Shown one piece after another: positions 1 through 9,684 of a stretch of DNA of 64,000 nt. Origin of the DNA: Clostridia bacterium (GTDB lineage: Bacteria > Bacillota > Clostridia > UMGS1883). The stretch spans positions 20,763-84,762 of the forward strand of contig JAZRFC010000075.1 in the NCBI GenBank assembly GCA_045661145.1. The letters run 5' to 3'. Within the stretch, counting starts at the first letter, position 1. Every line of letters begins with the position of its first letter. Made by a program: the position numbers and the translations under genes. Under the pieces are notes generated by a model. It searched no databases. It was not told where the DNA came from and saw nothing but the letters and a program-made list of their open reading frames with translations.

Positions 1-306
1 AAAGCCCTTGTTCTGCTTTTTAACAACCTTTATATAGTCATCAACAAAGCCTATCAGACCAAAGAGTACACCGCATAAAAGTATTGCACCGCATCTTAAA
101 TCCCTTATAAAAATTAATGTTGCAATAACTGTTGCCGCTATAAAAACAAGACCGCCCATTGTGGGTGTTCCCTGCTTTTTCTCGTGCCATGAGGGACCGT
201 CCTCTAAAATTGTCTGTCCGAATTTCAGCTTGCGAAGAAACGGAATCAGAACAGGTTCGCACAGTGCAGTTATTAGAAAGCTTATTACACATGCTTTTAT
301 CCACAT
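1..306 (-). CDS. mraY: Phospho-N-acetylmuramoyl-pentapeptide transferase MraY, N-terminal part only (gene runs off the window start)
   Basis: Own translation of the minus strand from the ATG at 306 gives MWIKACVISFLITALCEPVLIPFLRKLKFGQTILEDGPSWHEKKQGTPTMGGLVFI..., which has the MraY signature GP.SH.KK.GTPTMGG. It lies directly downstream of murE as in B. subtilis spoVD-murE-mraY. It is absent from the ORF track because it has no in-window stop. Confidence 0.8.
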   Translation of the reverse strand, partial: MWIKACVISFLITALCEPVLIPFLRKLKFGQTILEDGPSWHEKKQGTPTMGGLVFIAATVIATLIFIRDLRCGAILLCGVLFGLIGFVDDYIKVVKKQNKGF

Positions 307-312
307 AGTTAA

Positions 313-1749
313 TTACCCCTTCATTGTTGAAAGTATCTCTTTTACAACAACTCTTTCGTCAAAGTCGTGTTTAACATGGTCAATTTCCTGATATGTTTCG
401 TGTCCTTTTCCTGCAAGGATAATAATATCGCCCTCTTTGGCAATTTCCATTGCTTTGCGGATGGCATCCTTTCTGTTTACCACGGTGATGTGGTTATCCT
501 TTTTCATTCCTGCAAGGATATCCTTTATGATTTCCTCTGGCACTTCACATCTGGGATTATCGCTTGTAACCACAACAAGGTCTGAAAGCTCCTCTGCAAT
601 TTTTCCCATTTTAGGACGTTTGCTTGCATCACGGTTGCCACCGCATCCAAACAGGGTTATCACGCGCCCCTTTGCAAAGTCACGTACCGCAGATATGATG
701 TTCTCCATACCGTCGGGAGTGTGTGCATAGTCGATAATCACAGTATACGGAGTCGTTGTGCGAACAACCTCAATTCTTCCTTTTATGCTTTTTGCAAGGA
801 CAAGACCCTTTTCGATATCCGATATATCAATTCCGATATTTATACACGCACAAATTGCCGCAAGAGCATTGTAAACCGAGAATTTCCCAGGGATTCCAAG
901 ACGCATTTCGTGAGTTTCGTCTTTATATACAATGTCAAATATTACGCCTCTCTCACTCATTTTTATGTTATCTGCTTTTATGATCGATTCCTCGTCAATG
1001 GAATAGGTAAGCACATCTTCTCCTGCCGCAGAAAGACAGATTTGCGAATAGTCTGAATCAAGATTTATTGCGGAGGATTTACTCATTGCAAAAAGCTTTG
1101 CCTTTGCCTTTGCATAATTTTCCATGGTTTTGTGAAAATCAAGATGGTCCTGTGTGATGTTTGTTAAAACTGCTGTTTCAAAGGTTACACCGTACACTCT
1201 GTCAAGCTCGAGAGAATGGCTCGAAACCTCCATTACCACATATTTACCGCCGCTTTGCACCATCTTGTGAAAAATTTCAAAAAGGTCAAAGGACTCTGGG
1301 GTTGTACGGCTGCTTTCCGTAATGCAGTCACCGATTATTATCTGATTTGTGCCGATAAGGTCACATCGTAAACCCTTAAGCATAAGAATTTGCCTGATAA
1401 GATATGTTGTAGTGGTTTTTCCGTTTGTACCTGTAAGACCGATTATTTTAAGCTTTTTTTCCGGATGGTCAAAATACTCCGCGCTGGTGAGAGCCAATGC
1501 TTTTCTTGAGTCTTTTGCCTTTACATAGGTGCATCCGCAGTTAACATCGTCTTCGCCCAGAACTGCAACTGCACCATTTTTTATTGCGCTGTCGATATAT
1601 TTATGTCCGTCGGTTTCAAAGCCTTTTATTGCTATAAAGAGATAGCCCTCCTGAACTTTTCTGGAGTCATATGCTATGCCATTTATTTCAAGCTCTCCGT
1701 CTCCGAAAATTTCACAGTCAATATTTTTAACGAGTTCTTTTAATGTCAT
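313..1749 (-). CDS. murE: UDP-N-acetylmuramoyl-L-alanyl-D-glutamate--2,6-diaminopimelate ligase
   Basis: 478 aa with the Mur ligase P-loop GLTGTNGKTTTTYL and dcw-cluster context. Confidence 0.93.
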   Translation of the reverse strand: MTLKELVKNIDCEIFGDGELEINGIAYDSRKVQEGYLFIAIKGFETDGHKYIDSAIKNGAVAVLGEDDVNCGCTYVKAKDSRKALALTSAEYFDHPEKKLKIIGLTGTNGKTTTTYLIRQILMLKGLRCDLIGTNQIIIGDCITESSRTTPESFDLFEIFHKMVQSGGKYVVMEVSSHSLELDRVYGVTFETAVLTNITQDHLDFHKTMENYAKAKAKLFAMSKSSAINLDSDYSQICLSAAGEDVLTYSIDEESIIKADNIKMSERGVIFDIVYKDETHEMRLGIPGKFSVYNALAAICACINIGIDISDIEKGLVLAKSIKGRIEVVRTTTPYTVIIDYAHTPDGMENIISAVRDFAKGRVITLFGCGGNRDASKRPKMGKIAEELSDLVVVTSDNPRCEVPEEIIKDILAGMKKDNHITVVNRKDAIRKAMEIAKEGDIIILAGKGHETYQEIDHVKHDFDERVVVKEILSTMKG

Positions 1750-1761
1750 TATGCACCTCCG

Positions 1762-3945
1762 TCAATTCTCTTCCCTCTTAACAAATTTTACATAGATTTT
1801 TGTTCCTGCCGCCACTTCGGATTTTGCCTTTGGGCTTTGACTTACTGCTATATAATCAGCAGGAATTGTTCCGCTGTTTGCGGCATCAAGCTCCATACTG
1901 AGTCCTGCATTTTCGATAGTTGCCTTTGCATTTTTATAGTTCATTCCTATAACATCGGGAACAATTGCCGTTCCCTGAGTTTCTTCCTTTTGGGTGTACG
2001 CAATTACAACGCCACCCTTATGAAGCTTTGTTCCTGCTGCAGGAATCTGGTTTGTAATCTTTTCTCCGTTACCCTTGGGATTGATTTTAAGTCCCAGATT
2101 ATCAAGCTTTACAAGTGCTTCCTGCACAGTAAGCCCGTTAATATTAGGTACTGTTACAGATATTTTATCCTTGTTTTCCTCTGTGGGCTGAGGAGCATAT
2201 CCAAGGTAAGGAAGAACATCTTCAAAAATTCTTCCTACCGCCGGTGCTGCAATTGCACCACCGCCTGTTGCTCCTGCATGAGGCTCGTCAAGAAGCAGAA
2301 GACATACAAGCTGGGGATTGTCGGCAGGTGCTACGCCTATAAATGATGCAATGTATTCTCCGCTTCCTCGGGGAAGCTTTTCACTTGTTCCTGTTTTTCC
2401 GCCAATACGGAAGCCTGCAACATATCCGCCTTTACCTGTTCCCTCTGCTACAACGCGTTCCATCATACCGCGCATCTGCACGCTGGTTTCTTTGGAAATC
2501 ACATTGCGGACAAGCTCGGGTTCAAAGGTTTCAATTACATTTCCATCTGTATCGGTATATGCTTTTATTATACGGGGTTTCATAAGGTTTCCTTCGTTCA
2601 CAACGGCTGAAACGGCACTTATAAGTTGCAGTGGTGTAATTGTAAAGGTCTGCCCGAAAGATGATGTCGCCAAATCCACAACACCAAGCTTCTGATGGAA
2701 TGTTCCGGCAGATTCACCGGGGATTGTAAAGCCGGTCTTTTCAGTAAGGCCAAAGGCTTTATAATATTTTTGGAAAGTTGTTGCACCCATTCTTGAAGCA
2801 AGCTCCATTACAAACGGGTTGCAGGAATTCATAAGCCCCTGAGCGAAGGTTTCTTCTCCGTGTCCGGCGTGCTGCCAGCAATGGATACTGCGGTTTGCCA
2901 CCTGTCTGACACCTGAGCAGGAGAATACGTCCTGCGGAGATGCAACACCCTCTTCAAGAGCCGCTGCCGCAACTATTGTTTTAAAAGTCGAACCCGGCTC
3001 GTAGGAGTCTACAACGGCTTTGTTACGCCACATTTTTGTGACAGCCTTGTTATATGCTTCTGTATAAGCGTCACCCTCAAGTTCAAGGGCATCGAGTTGC
3101 TCTAAAAGAAGCTGATCCGTTATAACACGGGGGGCGTTCAGGTCATAAGTCGGAACTACTGCCATAGCAAGGATTTCTCCGGTATTGGGATCCATAACAA
3201 TAGCGGCACCGCCATTTCCCAGAAGATTTTCCTCATACGCCTGCTGAAGATGTTTTTCAGTATATCGCTGTATAGTTTCATCAATAGTCAGGACAACACC
3301 CTTGCCGTCCTGCGGTTCAATGTAGTTTTCGTATTTAAATGGCATTTCGTTGTTTGCAACATCCTTTGCCGCAACGATTCTGCCGTCAACACCGCGAAGC
3401 TGTTCATCAAGAACATTTTCCAGACCTTCAAGACCCTGATTGTCACTTCCCGTAAACCCGATAACTTGTGCCGCAAGCGAGCCGTAGGGATAGTAACGCT
3501 TTGAATCTTCTTCAAAATAAACTCCCGTAAGTTTTTCGCTTCTGATAAGGTCAGCAACGCTTTTTTCAACCTGCTTTGCAACGACCACCGACTGTCTGTT
3601 TGTACGGGAAATCTGTTTTCTTAAATTCGCCTCATCTACTCCAAGGATTTTTACAAGAGCGTTTACAACCTCTTCCTCATTTTTGCTCTTTTCTATTTCC
3701 TGGGGGTTCAGGGTAACTCTTTCAGCAGATGCACTTTGTGCAAGAATTTTTAAGTTGCGGTCATAAATGGAGCCGCGTTTTGCACTAATTATACTATCGC
3801 GGGTCTGCTGTTCAGCCGCCATTCTGCTGTATTCTTCACCGCGGACAAACTGTATCCATGCAAGTCTTATCAGAAGCACCAGCACGCCCACAAGGAAAAA
3901 AAGTGTTATTAATTTCATTCGTTTTTTTATGGCTCTTGTCGGCAT
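1762..3945 (-). CDS. Class B penicillin-binding protein (FtsI/SpoVD/PBP2B-like transpeptidase) with C-terminal PASTA domain
   Basis: 727 aa with an N-terminal TM anchor, the transpeptidase motifs STFK and KTGT, and a C-terminal PASTA-like segment (VPNINGLTVQEALVKLDNLGLKI). It sits between ftsL and murE. Confidence 0.9.
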   Translation of the reverse strand: MPTRAIKKRMKLITLFFLVGVLVLLIRLAWIQFVRGEEYSRMAAEQQTRDSIISAKRGSIYDRNLKILAQSASAERVTLNPQEIEKSKNEEEVVNALVKILGVDEANLRKQISRTNRQSVVVAKQVEKSVADLIRSEKLTGVYFEEDSKRYYPYGSLAAQVIGFTGSDNQGLEGLENVLDEQLRGVDGRIVAAKDVANNEMPFKYENYIEPQDGKGVVLTIDETIQRYTEKHLQQAYEENLLGNGGAAIVMDPNTGEILAMAVVPTYDLNAPRVITDQLLLEQLDALELEGDAYTEAYNKAVTKMWRNKAVVDSYEPGSTFKTIVAAAALEEGVASPQDVFSCSGVRQVANRSIHCWQHAGHGEETFAQGLMNSCNPFVMELASRMGATTFQKYYKAFGLTEKTGFTIPGESAGTFHQKLGVVDLATSSFGQTFTITPLQLISAVSAVVNEGNLMKPRIIKAYTDTDGNVIETFEPELVRNVISKETSVQMRGMMERVVAEGTGKGGYVAGFRIGGKTGTSEKLPRGSGEYIASFIGVAPADNPQLVCLLLLDEPHAGATGGGAIAAPAVGRIFEDVLPYLGYAPQPTEENKDKISVTVPNINGLTVQEALVKLDNLGLKINPKGNGEKITNQIPAAGTKLHKGGVVIAYTQKEETQGTAIVPDVIGMNYKNAKATIENAGLSMELDAANSGTIPADYIAVSQSPKAKSEVAAGTKIYVKFVKREEN

Positions 3946-4049
3946 GTTTTCACTCCTTTTTTGTTATTTTGACAGATGCTTCTTCCTTTTTTATAAACGC
4001 AAAAAGGGATTTGGCAAAAAATATCCTGTTGCCACTTCCCTTTATTATA

Positions 4050-4535
4050 TTAATATAAGTATTCCAGTATTCCCGATATGCGGTTTATAAATGCACTGAA
4101 TGAACTTTTCTCCTCAATCTTTAAAACTTCTCCGTTGTCAGTATTTCCAAGCGCAATATACTGTATCTGGTTTTTTGCAGGGGGCTTAAGGCCAAGGCGC
4201 TGTGCTTCCTGTTCAATCTTCTTCGGGTCAAGATTTCCCTCCGCCTTCACCTGCTGCTCAACAACCTTTGCACTTACAAGCTCAAGGTTTTCTTTAGTAG
4301 CTGAAAGCTTGTTGTACTCTGCAGTAATTGTGGCATATCTGAGAAGAACTATGAAAGACAATGCAAAAGCAACCAAAATTGCTTTTACAATGCGCTTTTT
4401 CATCTTTAACGCCTTCTTGTGCGATAACTTAACAGTTGTCTTTCCGGCAGTTTTCTTCTTCCCTGCGGATTTCTTCCTGGGAACATCTGATGTGTAGTAT
4501 TCAGTTTTTAATGCACTAGAACCGTCTGTATACAT
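4050..4535 (-). CDS. ftsL: Cell division protein FtsL/DivIC-like (septum formation initiator)
   Basis: 161 aa with a basic N-terminus, a single TM segment and a coiled-coil, located between rsmH and the PBP gene. Confidence 0.7.
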   Translation of the reverse strand: MYTDGSSALKTEYYTSDVPRKKSAGKKKTAGKTTVKLSHKKALKMKKRIVKAILVAFALSFIVLLRYATITAEYNKLSATKENLELVSAKVVEQQVKAEGNLDPKKIEQEAQRLGLKPPAKNQIQYIALGNTDNGEVLKIEEKSSFSAFINRISGILEYLY

Positions 4536-4548
4536 CGATACGCTCCTG

Positions 4549-5472
4549 TCAGATTATTTTTTCCACAGCTCTTAATTTACTGCTTCTCGCACGCGGGTTT
4601 TCGTCAAGCTCTTTTTCAGAAGGAACTATGGGTTTCCGTGTGATGCTCTTTACGGAAGGCTTGTTTCCGCAAACGCATACGGGGAAATCTTTTGGGCAGG
4701 TACAACCTTTCTCCAAGGATGCAAAGGTTGTTTTTACAATTCTGTCTTCAAGGGAGTGGAATGTAATTATCCCCATCTTGCCGCCCTTTTTAAGAAGCTC
4801 TGCCCCATCTCTTATTGCCTGTTCCAATATTTTAAGTTCTCCATTGACCTCAATCCTTATCGCCTGAAATGTCCGCTTTGCAGGATGTGGTCCATCCTTC
4901 CTTGCCGAAAGGGGGATTGCCGCTTTTATAATGTCTACAAGCTCAAAAGTTGTTTCTATGGGTGCTGTTTTTCTTCTCTCAACAATAAAATCAACTATTC
5001 TGCTTGCCCACCGTTCCTCTCCGTATGTGGAGATTATCTTAAAAAGCTCTTCTGACGAATAGGTATTTACTATATCCTTTGCGGTAAGGCTGTCGCGACT
5101 ATCCATACGCATGTCCAGTGGCGCGTCCTGCATATAGGAAAAGCCCCTCTCTGCATCGTCAAGCTGAGGTGACGATACACCTAAATCCGCTATAATTCCG
5201 TCAAATTTTTCTATGCCAAGGTTTTTTGCTATGTTTTTGATATTGGAAAAATTATCGTGCACTGCGGTGAAATCTTTTCCCTTAAAACGCTCATTGGCAT
5301 TTTTTATTGCAACTTCATCACGGTCTATTCCGATAACTTGTCCACCACGCTCCAAAATCAGAGATGTATGTCCGCCGCCGCCCAATGTAAAATCGGCATA
5401 TATTCCACCCGGTTTAACATCTATGCTATCAACGGTTTCCTTTAAAAGCACAGTAATATGGTTGAATTCCAC
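4549..5472 (-). CDS. rsmH: 16S rRNA (cytosine1402-N4)-methyltransferase RsmH (MraW)
   Basis: 307 aa with the [23 protein letters not shown]-binding motif, following mraZ. Confidence 0.93.
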   Translation of the reverse strand: MEFNHITVLLKETVDSIDVKPGGIYADFTLGGGGHTSLILERGGQVIGIDRDEVAIKNANERFKGKDFTAVHDNFSNIKNIAKNLGIEKFDGIIADLGVSSPQLDDAERGFSYMQDAPLDMRMDSRDSLTAKDIVNTYSSEELFKIISTYGEERWASRIVDFIVERRKTAPIETTFELVDIIKAAIPLSARKDGPHPAKRTFQAIRIEVNGELKILEQAIRDGAELLKKGGKMGIITFHSLEDRIVKTTFASLEKGCTCPKDFPVCVCGNKPSVKSITRKPIVPSEKELDENPRARSSKLRAVEKII

Positions 5473-5486
5473 AATGCTTCCTCCTA

Positions 5487-5921
5487 TCAGAAGCTGATTT
5501 CTTCCAGACTTTCTGCAGCTTCCTCAACAGTCATCTCTTCTTCACTCTGAGAATATTCCATCCAACGCTGTGCGTCCCATATTTCCACGCGCTTGCTGAC
5601 ACCGATAATAACAACCTCTTTTGTAAGAGCTGCATATTCACGGTGAGGCGGTGTAATAAGCACCTTACCCTGCTTGTCCGGTTCACCCTCTGCGGCACCG
5701 GAGAGGAATGTTCTCTGCAAGAAACGGGCACTCTTCTGATTAGAGGGAAGCTTGGCAAGATTGTCAGCAAGCTCTTCCCATACCTCCATAGGATATACAA
5801 ACAGACAGCCCTCAAAGCCCTTGGTGATCATGAACTGTTCGCCAAGCTGCTCACGAAACTTTGCAGGGATAATTACTCTTCCCTTCGCATCGATATTATG
5901 TGAGTACTCGCCTACGAACAT
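5487..5921 (-). CDS. mraZ: Transcriptional regulator MraZ
   Basis: [24 protein letters not shown] is a typical MraZ N-terminus. The ORF extends to 5936, but the start was chosen at the conserved MF(V/M)GEY. Confidence 0.9.
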   Translation of the reverse strand: MFVGEYSHNIDAKGRVIIPAKFREQLGEQFMITKGFEGCLFVYPMEVWEELADNLAKLPSNQKSARFLQRTFLSGAAEGEPDKQGKVLITPPHREYAALTKEVVIIGVSKRVEIWDAQRWMEYSQSEEEMTVEEAAESLEEISF

Positions 5922-6248
5922 CCAAACCACCTCCACTTCGTTGCACTTTCGTGCACTTTCCTACACTTTGAGTATATTTTACTATATATCAGCTGTGATT
6001 TCAATACTTTTTTAAAATTTTTTTGATTTTTTTGTTTTTTACATTATTATCTAAATATGGTAAATATTGGGCTTGGAGATACAATATTTTGTAAGCGAAA
6101 AAGAAATTCTGAAATAAAATTTTGAAAAATTTGTTTCAGGATTGTTAAATTTACGAAATTAAAGTAATTTGTTTTAAAAATCTCTTGCAATTTCATATAA
6201 ATTATATTATAATTCACAATGTTGGTAAAACAACTTAATATTCTATTT

Positions 6249-6324
6249 CGGGGTGTAGCGCAGCTGGTAGCGCGCCTGCTTTGGGAGCAGGATGCCGCAG
6301 GTTCAAGTCCTGTCACTCCGACCA
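6249..6324 (+). tRNA. tRNA-Pro (anticodon UGG)
   Basis: Cloverleaf read directly: acceptor CGGGGTG/CACTCCG, anticodon stem CCTGC/GCAGG with loop TTTGGGA, T-arm GGTTCAAGTCC and a 3' CCA. Confidence 0.9.
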
Positions 6325-6496
6325 CATCGAGTGTTCATAACGTGTTTATGGGCACTCATTTAATTTTGGTGTTGAATTAAAAAGGACTTCAACCTCCTAC
6401 ACCCCCTCTAACTAAATCTTCAAATAAAAACATTGCATTTTCACAACATTTAGTGTACAATATAGTATGGTATATACCACAAAAGAGGTGTTTATA

Positions 6497-7756
6497 TTGG
6501 AAAAACTGAAAATAACGGGCGGAAAACAGCTTTTTGGTGAAATTGCAGTTTGCGGTGCAAAGAATGCCGCTGTTGCAATTATTCCTGCTGCATTGCTTGT
6601 AAACGGTGTTTGCCGTATTGAAAACATCCCCGATATTAAAGATGTACGCTTAATTATAGAAATGCTTGTCCGTCTTGGGGCAAGTGTTACATATGTTGAT
6701 GACACAACCATTGAGGTAAATTCTTCGAAATTGAAAACTCACATAGCTCCTATGGAGCTTGCAAGCCGTATGCGTGCCAGCTATTATCTTCTCGGTGCAC
6801 TTCTCGGCAGAATGAACCGTGCGGAGGTTTCCCTCCCCGGTGGCTGTAATTTCGGCACACGTCCCATTGATCTGCATGAAAAAGGTTTTTCGGCAATGGG
6901 TGCAACGGTAAAAATTGAGGACGGCATTGTATATGCCGAGTCAAAACAGCTTACGGGAACAACAATCTATCTTGACACCGTAAGCGTAGGCGCAACAATA
7001 AACATTATGTTGGCGGCAGTTCTTGCCAAGGGCAGAACCATTATTGAAAATGCCGCAAAGGAGCCACACATAGTTGATGTGGCAAACTTCCTTAACGCAA
7101 TGGGTGCAAATGTCCGCGGTGCGGGAACAGATGTTATCCGTATAACAGGTGTTTCCGAGATGAAGGGCGGTACATACAGTATTATCCCCGACCAGATTGA
7201 AGCGGGTACCTTTATGCTTCTTGCTGCTGCGGCAGGCGGAGAAGTTCTCGTGAGAAATATTATTCCCACACATATGAACTGCCTTACCTCCAAGCTTGAA
7301 GAGATGGGCGTGAATGTTACGGAATATGATGATTCTATCCGCATTGAGCGTGACGGCAACCTCAAGGGAACGTCTGTAAAGACAATGCCCTACCCGGGAT
7401 TTCCCACCGACCTTCAGCCCCAGATGGTGGCACTTCTTTCTACCGTAGGTGGGAAAAGCACCGTCGATGAAAATGTGTGGGACAACCGTTTCCAATATAT
7501 AGACCAGCTTCTCAGTATGGGTGCTGACATTACCATAAACGGCAGAAGAGCAAACATTTCGGGAACTACTCTCCACGGTGCAGAAGTTACTGCAACTGAC
7601 CTCCGTGCAGGTGCCGCACTTATAATTGCAGGTGCCGCAGCTGAGGGTGTGACAGAGATAGCATCTCCTCACTACATTGACAGAGGGTATTCCGATATAG
7701 AACGACGGCTCCGCAGTATAGGAGTGAAAATCGAGAGAATTTTTACAGCAGACTAA
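6497..7756 (+). CDS. murA: UDP-N-acetylglucosamine 1-carboxyvinyltransferase
   Basis: GGKQLFGEIAVCGAKNAAVAIIPAALL is the MurA N-terminus. The TTG at 6497 (EKLKITGG) has an AAGAGG RBS and matches the MEK(L/I)..GG start of homologues. The ORF-track start of 6467 is also possible. Confidence 0.9.
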   Translation: MEKLKITGGKQLFGEIAVCGAKNAAVAIIPAALLVNGVCRIENIPDIKDVRLIIEMLVRLGASVTYVDDTTIEVNSSKLKTHIAPMELASRMRASYYLLGALLGRMNRAEVSLPGGCNFGTRPIDLHEKGFSAMGATVKIEDGIVYAESKQLTGTTIYLDTVSVGATINIMLAAVLAKGRTIIENAAKEPHIVDVANFLNAMGANVRGAGTDVIRITGVSEMKGGTYSIIPDQIEAGTFMLLAAAAGGEVLVRNIIPTHMNCLTSKLEEMGVNVTEYDDSIRIERDGNLKGTSVKTMPYPGFPTDLQPQMVALLSTVGGKSTVDENVWDNRFQYIDQLLSMGADITINGRRANISGTTLHGAEVTATDLRAGAALIIAGAAAEGVTEIASPHYIDRGYSDIERRLRSIGVKIERIFTAD

Positions 7757-7772
7757 AACGAAAGGTAACTGT

Positions 7773-8570
7773 ATGAGTATTTCAATATGCCCACTTTCCT
7801 CGGGCAGCAGCGGAAACTCAATATTGATACGAAGTGACTCGTGCGCAGTCCTTGTAGATTGCGGGATGACGGGAAAAGCCGCTGAAAACGAGCTTGCGCA
7901 GGCAGGTATTTCCCCTGAAAAAATAGATGCCATTATAGTAACCCACGAGCATATTGACCATATAAGCGGTGTGGGAATTATGTGCAGAAGATACAAAATT
8001 CCCGTGTATGCCACCCTTGGCACATGGAAAGCAATGATTAATTCCATTGGAAAAATTGACACATCACTGATACGCTACATTGCGGCGGAGGTTCCCTTTG
8101 AGATTTCGGGAACGACTTTCCACCCCTTTTCCACATCTCACGATGCGGCGGAAAGTATAGGTCTTGTTTTTTCAAAAGACGGAAAGTACGGCGGAGTTGC
8201 AACGGATTTAGGCACGGTGACAAAGCATATCTTCGATTTGCTTTCCCCCTGCTCCATTGCCGTGTTGGAAGCAAATCACGATGAGGTAATGCTTAAAAAC
8301 GGACCATATCCGTTGCATCTTAAAGAAAGGATTCTTTCCGACTACGGACACCTTTCCAACAAGCTGTGCGGTGCCCTTTGTGCCAAGTTGGTGCGTGAGG
8401 GTAAGCTCCGTCAGGTAATGCTCGGGCATTTAAGCACTGACAACAACACCCCACGCAGAGCATATGAAACCGTTGCAAACAGTATTGAAGCAACGGGCTT
8501 TAAAATAGGCGAGGATGTGGAGCTTTACATAGCAGAAAGATACTGTATGAGCGAGGAGCTTATTGATTGA
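7773..8570 (+). CDS. MBL-fold metallo-hydrolase (WalJ/YycJ-like)
   Basis: HEHIDH metallo-beta-lactamase motif at ~265 aa. It lies immediately upstream of rlmH, as yycJ does in Bacillus. Confidence 0.8.
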   Translation: MSISICPLSSGSSGNSILIRSDSCAVLVDCGMTGKAAENELAQAGISPEKIDAIIVTHEHIDHISGVGIMCRRYKIPVYATLGTWKAMINSIGKIDTSLIRYIAAEVPFEISGTTFHPFSTSHDAAESIGLVFSKDGKYGGVATDLGTVTKHIFDLLSPCSIAVLEANHDEVMLKNGPYPLHLKERILSDYGHLSNKLCGALCAKLVREGKLRQVMLGHLSTDNNTPRRAYETVANSIEATGFKIGEDVELYIAERYCMSEELID

Positions 8571-8571
8571 T

Positions 8572-9048
8572 ATGACAGTTAATATTATTTGTGTAGGGAA
8601 AATTAAAGAAGATTATTTTATAAAGGCAACGGCTGAATTTGAAAAACGACTCAGCCGTTTTTGTTCGTTCAATGTGATTTGTCTGCCCGACAAAAGTATT
8701 CCCGACAATGCCTCGCCTGCCGAAGAACAGATTGTTTTTAAAAAAGAGGGAGAGGAAATCCTCAAAAAAATCGGCAAGAGTGATATTGTTGTCGCAATGT
8801 GTATTGAGGGCAAGCAGCTTTCAAGCGAGGAACTTGCAGAGAAAATCCGTGATTTTCAGATGCAGTCATCCACTATCGATTTTGTTATCGGTGGCTCACT
8901 TGGACTTTCCGACGAGGTTAAAAGCAGAGCAAATCTTAAGCTCAGTATGAGCAAAATGACATTCCCCCACAGAATCGCAAGGCTGATGTTGGAGGAACAA
9001 ATATATAGGGCTTTTAAAATTAATAATAATGAAACTTATCATAAGTAA
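8572..9048 (+). CDS. rlmH: 23S rRNA (pseudouridine1915-N3)-methyltransferase RlmH
   Basis: MTVNIICVGKIKEDYF matches the RlmH (SPOUT) N-terminus. The ATG at 8572 is preferred over the upstream TTG at 8563. Confidence 0.9.
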   Translation: MTVNIICVGKIKEDYFIKATAEFEKRLSRFCSFNVICLPDKSIPDNASPAEEQIVFKKEGEEILKKIGKSDIVVAMCIEGKQLSSEELAEKIRDFQMQSSTIDFVIGGSLGLSDEVKSRANLKLSMSKMTFPHRIARLMLEEQIYRAFKINNNETYHK

Positions 9049-9084
9049 AAGGTACATATTGGGACTATCCCAATATGTACCTTT
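9047..9084 (+). terminator. Intrinsic terminator after rlmH
   Basis: Perfect 17-bp inverted repeat AAAGGTACATATTGGGA/TCCCAATATGTACCTTT followed by T-rich sequence. Confidence 0.7.
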
Positions 9085-9118
9085 TACTATATTTTCATTT
9101 TCTTTTAATTTTTCTTAT

Positions 9119-9147
9119 TAAGGGGGTTATATCCCCTTAATAATTAG
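9119..9147. repeat. Solo copy of the TTAAGGGG-N4-CCCCTTAATAAT palindrome module that terminates the ~180-bp repeat family
   Basis: TTAAGGGGGTTATATCCCCTTAATAAT here, versus TTAAGGGGAGTTCCCCTTAATAAT at 17898-17921 and its reverse complement at 14650-14673. Confidence 0.6.
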
Positions 9148-9644
9148 GATTGCATCTCCTATAATATAAATTGCCAAGCAGGTGTAACGCACACTCTGGT
9201 TGTTGCGACACAAACTTAACGGGAAGAATCCGCATCGAAAACTGATGCGGATTCTTTCCGTTTATTTATGGTATACGCACTAAACTACGGTTTTTGCAAA
9301 TTTTCTGTCGGCTACCGTAAAATTGCGAGCATCATTTTCCTCTGCAGGCGAGCAATTTTAGACGAACAGGCAACTGAGTGTTGCCTTAAAGTCGGCGGTT
9401 CAAAGACAGAAAATTTGCAAAAACAAAACAATACATTTAAAGAAAACCACGCCCAAGAAATATTACGCCCCTGCGAGGGCGTTTCAAGGGGTTATGGGGT
9501 CATAGGGGAGCTAATGGGGAAATCGCAATCCCCCTGCTCCCCTATAAAAGCTTTTTGGCTCCCAAAAGTACACCGTCCCTGCGACTCCGCAGATTGGCTT
9601 GCACTTCCGCAAAATGTTTAAAGAGTTTTAAACATTAAAACGCC

Positions 9645-9684
9645 GTAATGCTAATGCATCACGGCGTTTATTGACATTGTTAAC
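9645..9684 (-). terminator. Intrinsic terminator of pck
   Basis: On the minus strand the hairpin AACGCCGTGATGCATTAGCATTACGGCGTT is followed by TTTTA, immediately after the stop. Confidence 0.65.

Noticed and set aside
41-304. 87-aa ORF at the window start
   Set aside because: It is in the wrong frame. The neighbouring frame, starting at the ATG at 306, encodes a clear MraY N-terminus (GPSWHEKKQGTPTMGG) that runs off the window.
6047-6325. 92-aa ORF overlapping tRNA-Pro(UGG) and the AT-rich mraZ promoter region
   Set aside because: It overlaps a tRNA gene on the antisense strand and has a low-complexity translation.
9268-9621. 117-aa ORF in the rlmH-pck spacer
   Set aside because: It has no RBS, spans G-quadruplex and hairpin-rich non-coding sequence, and has an odd composition. 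It is treated as non-coding.
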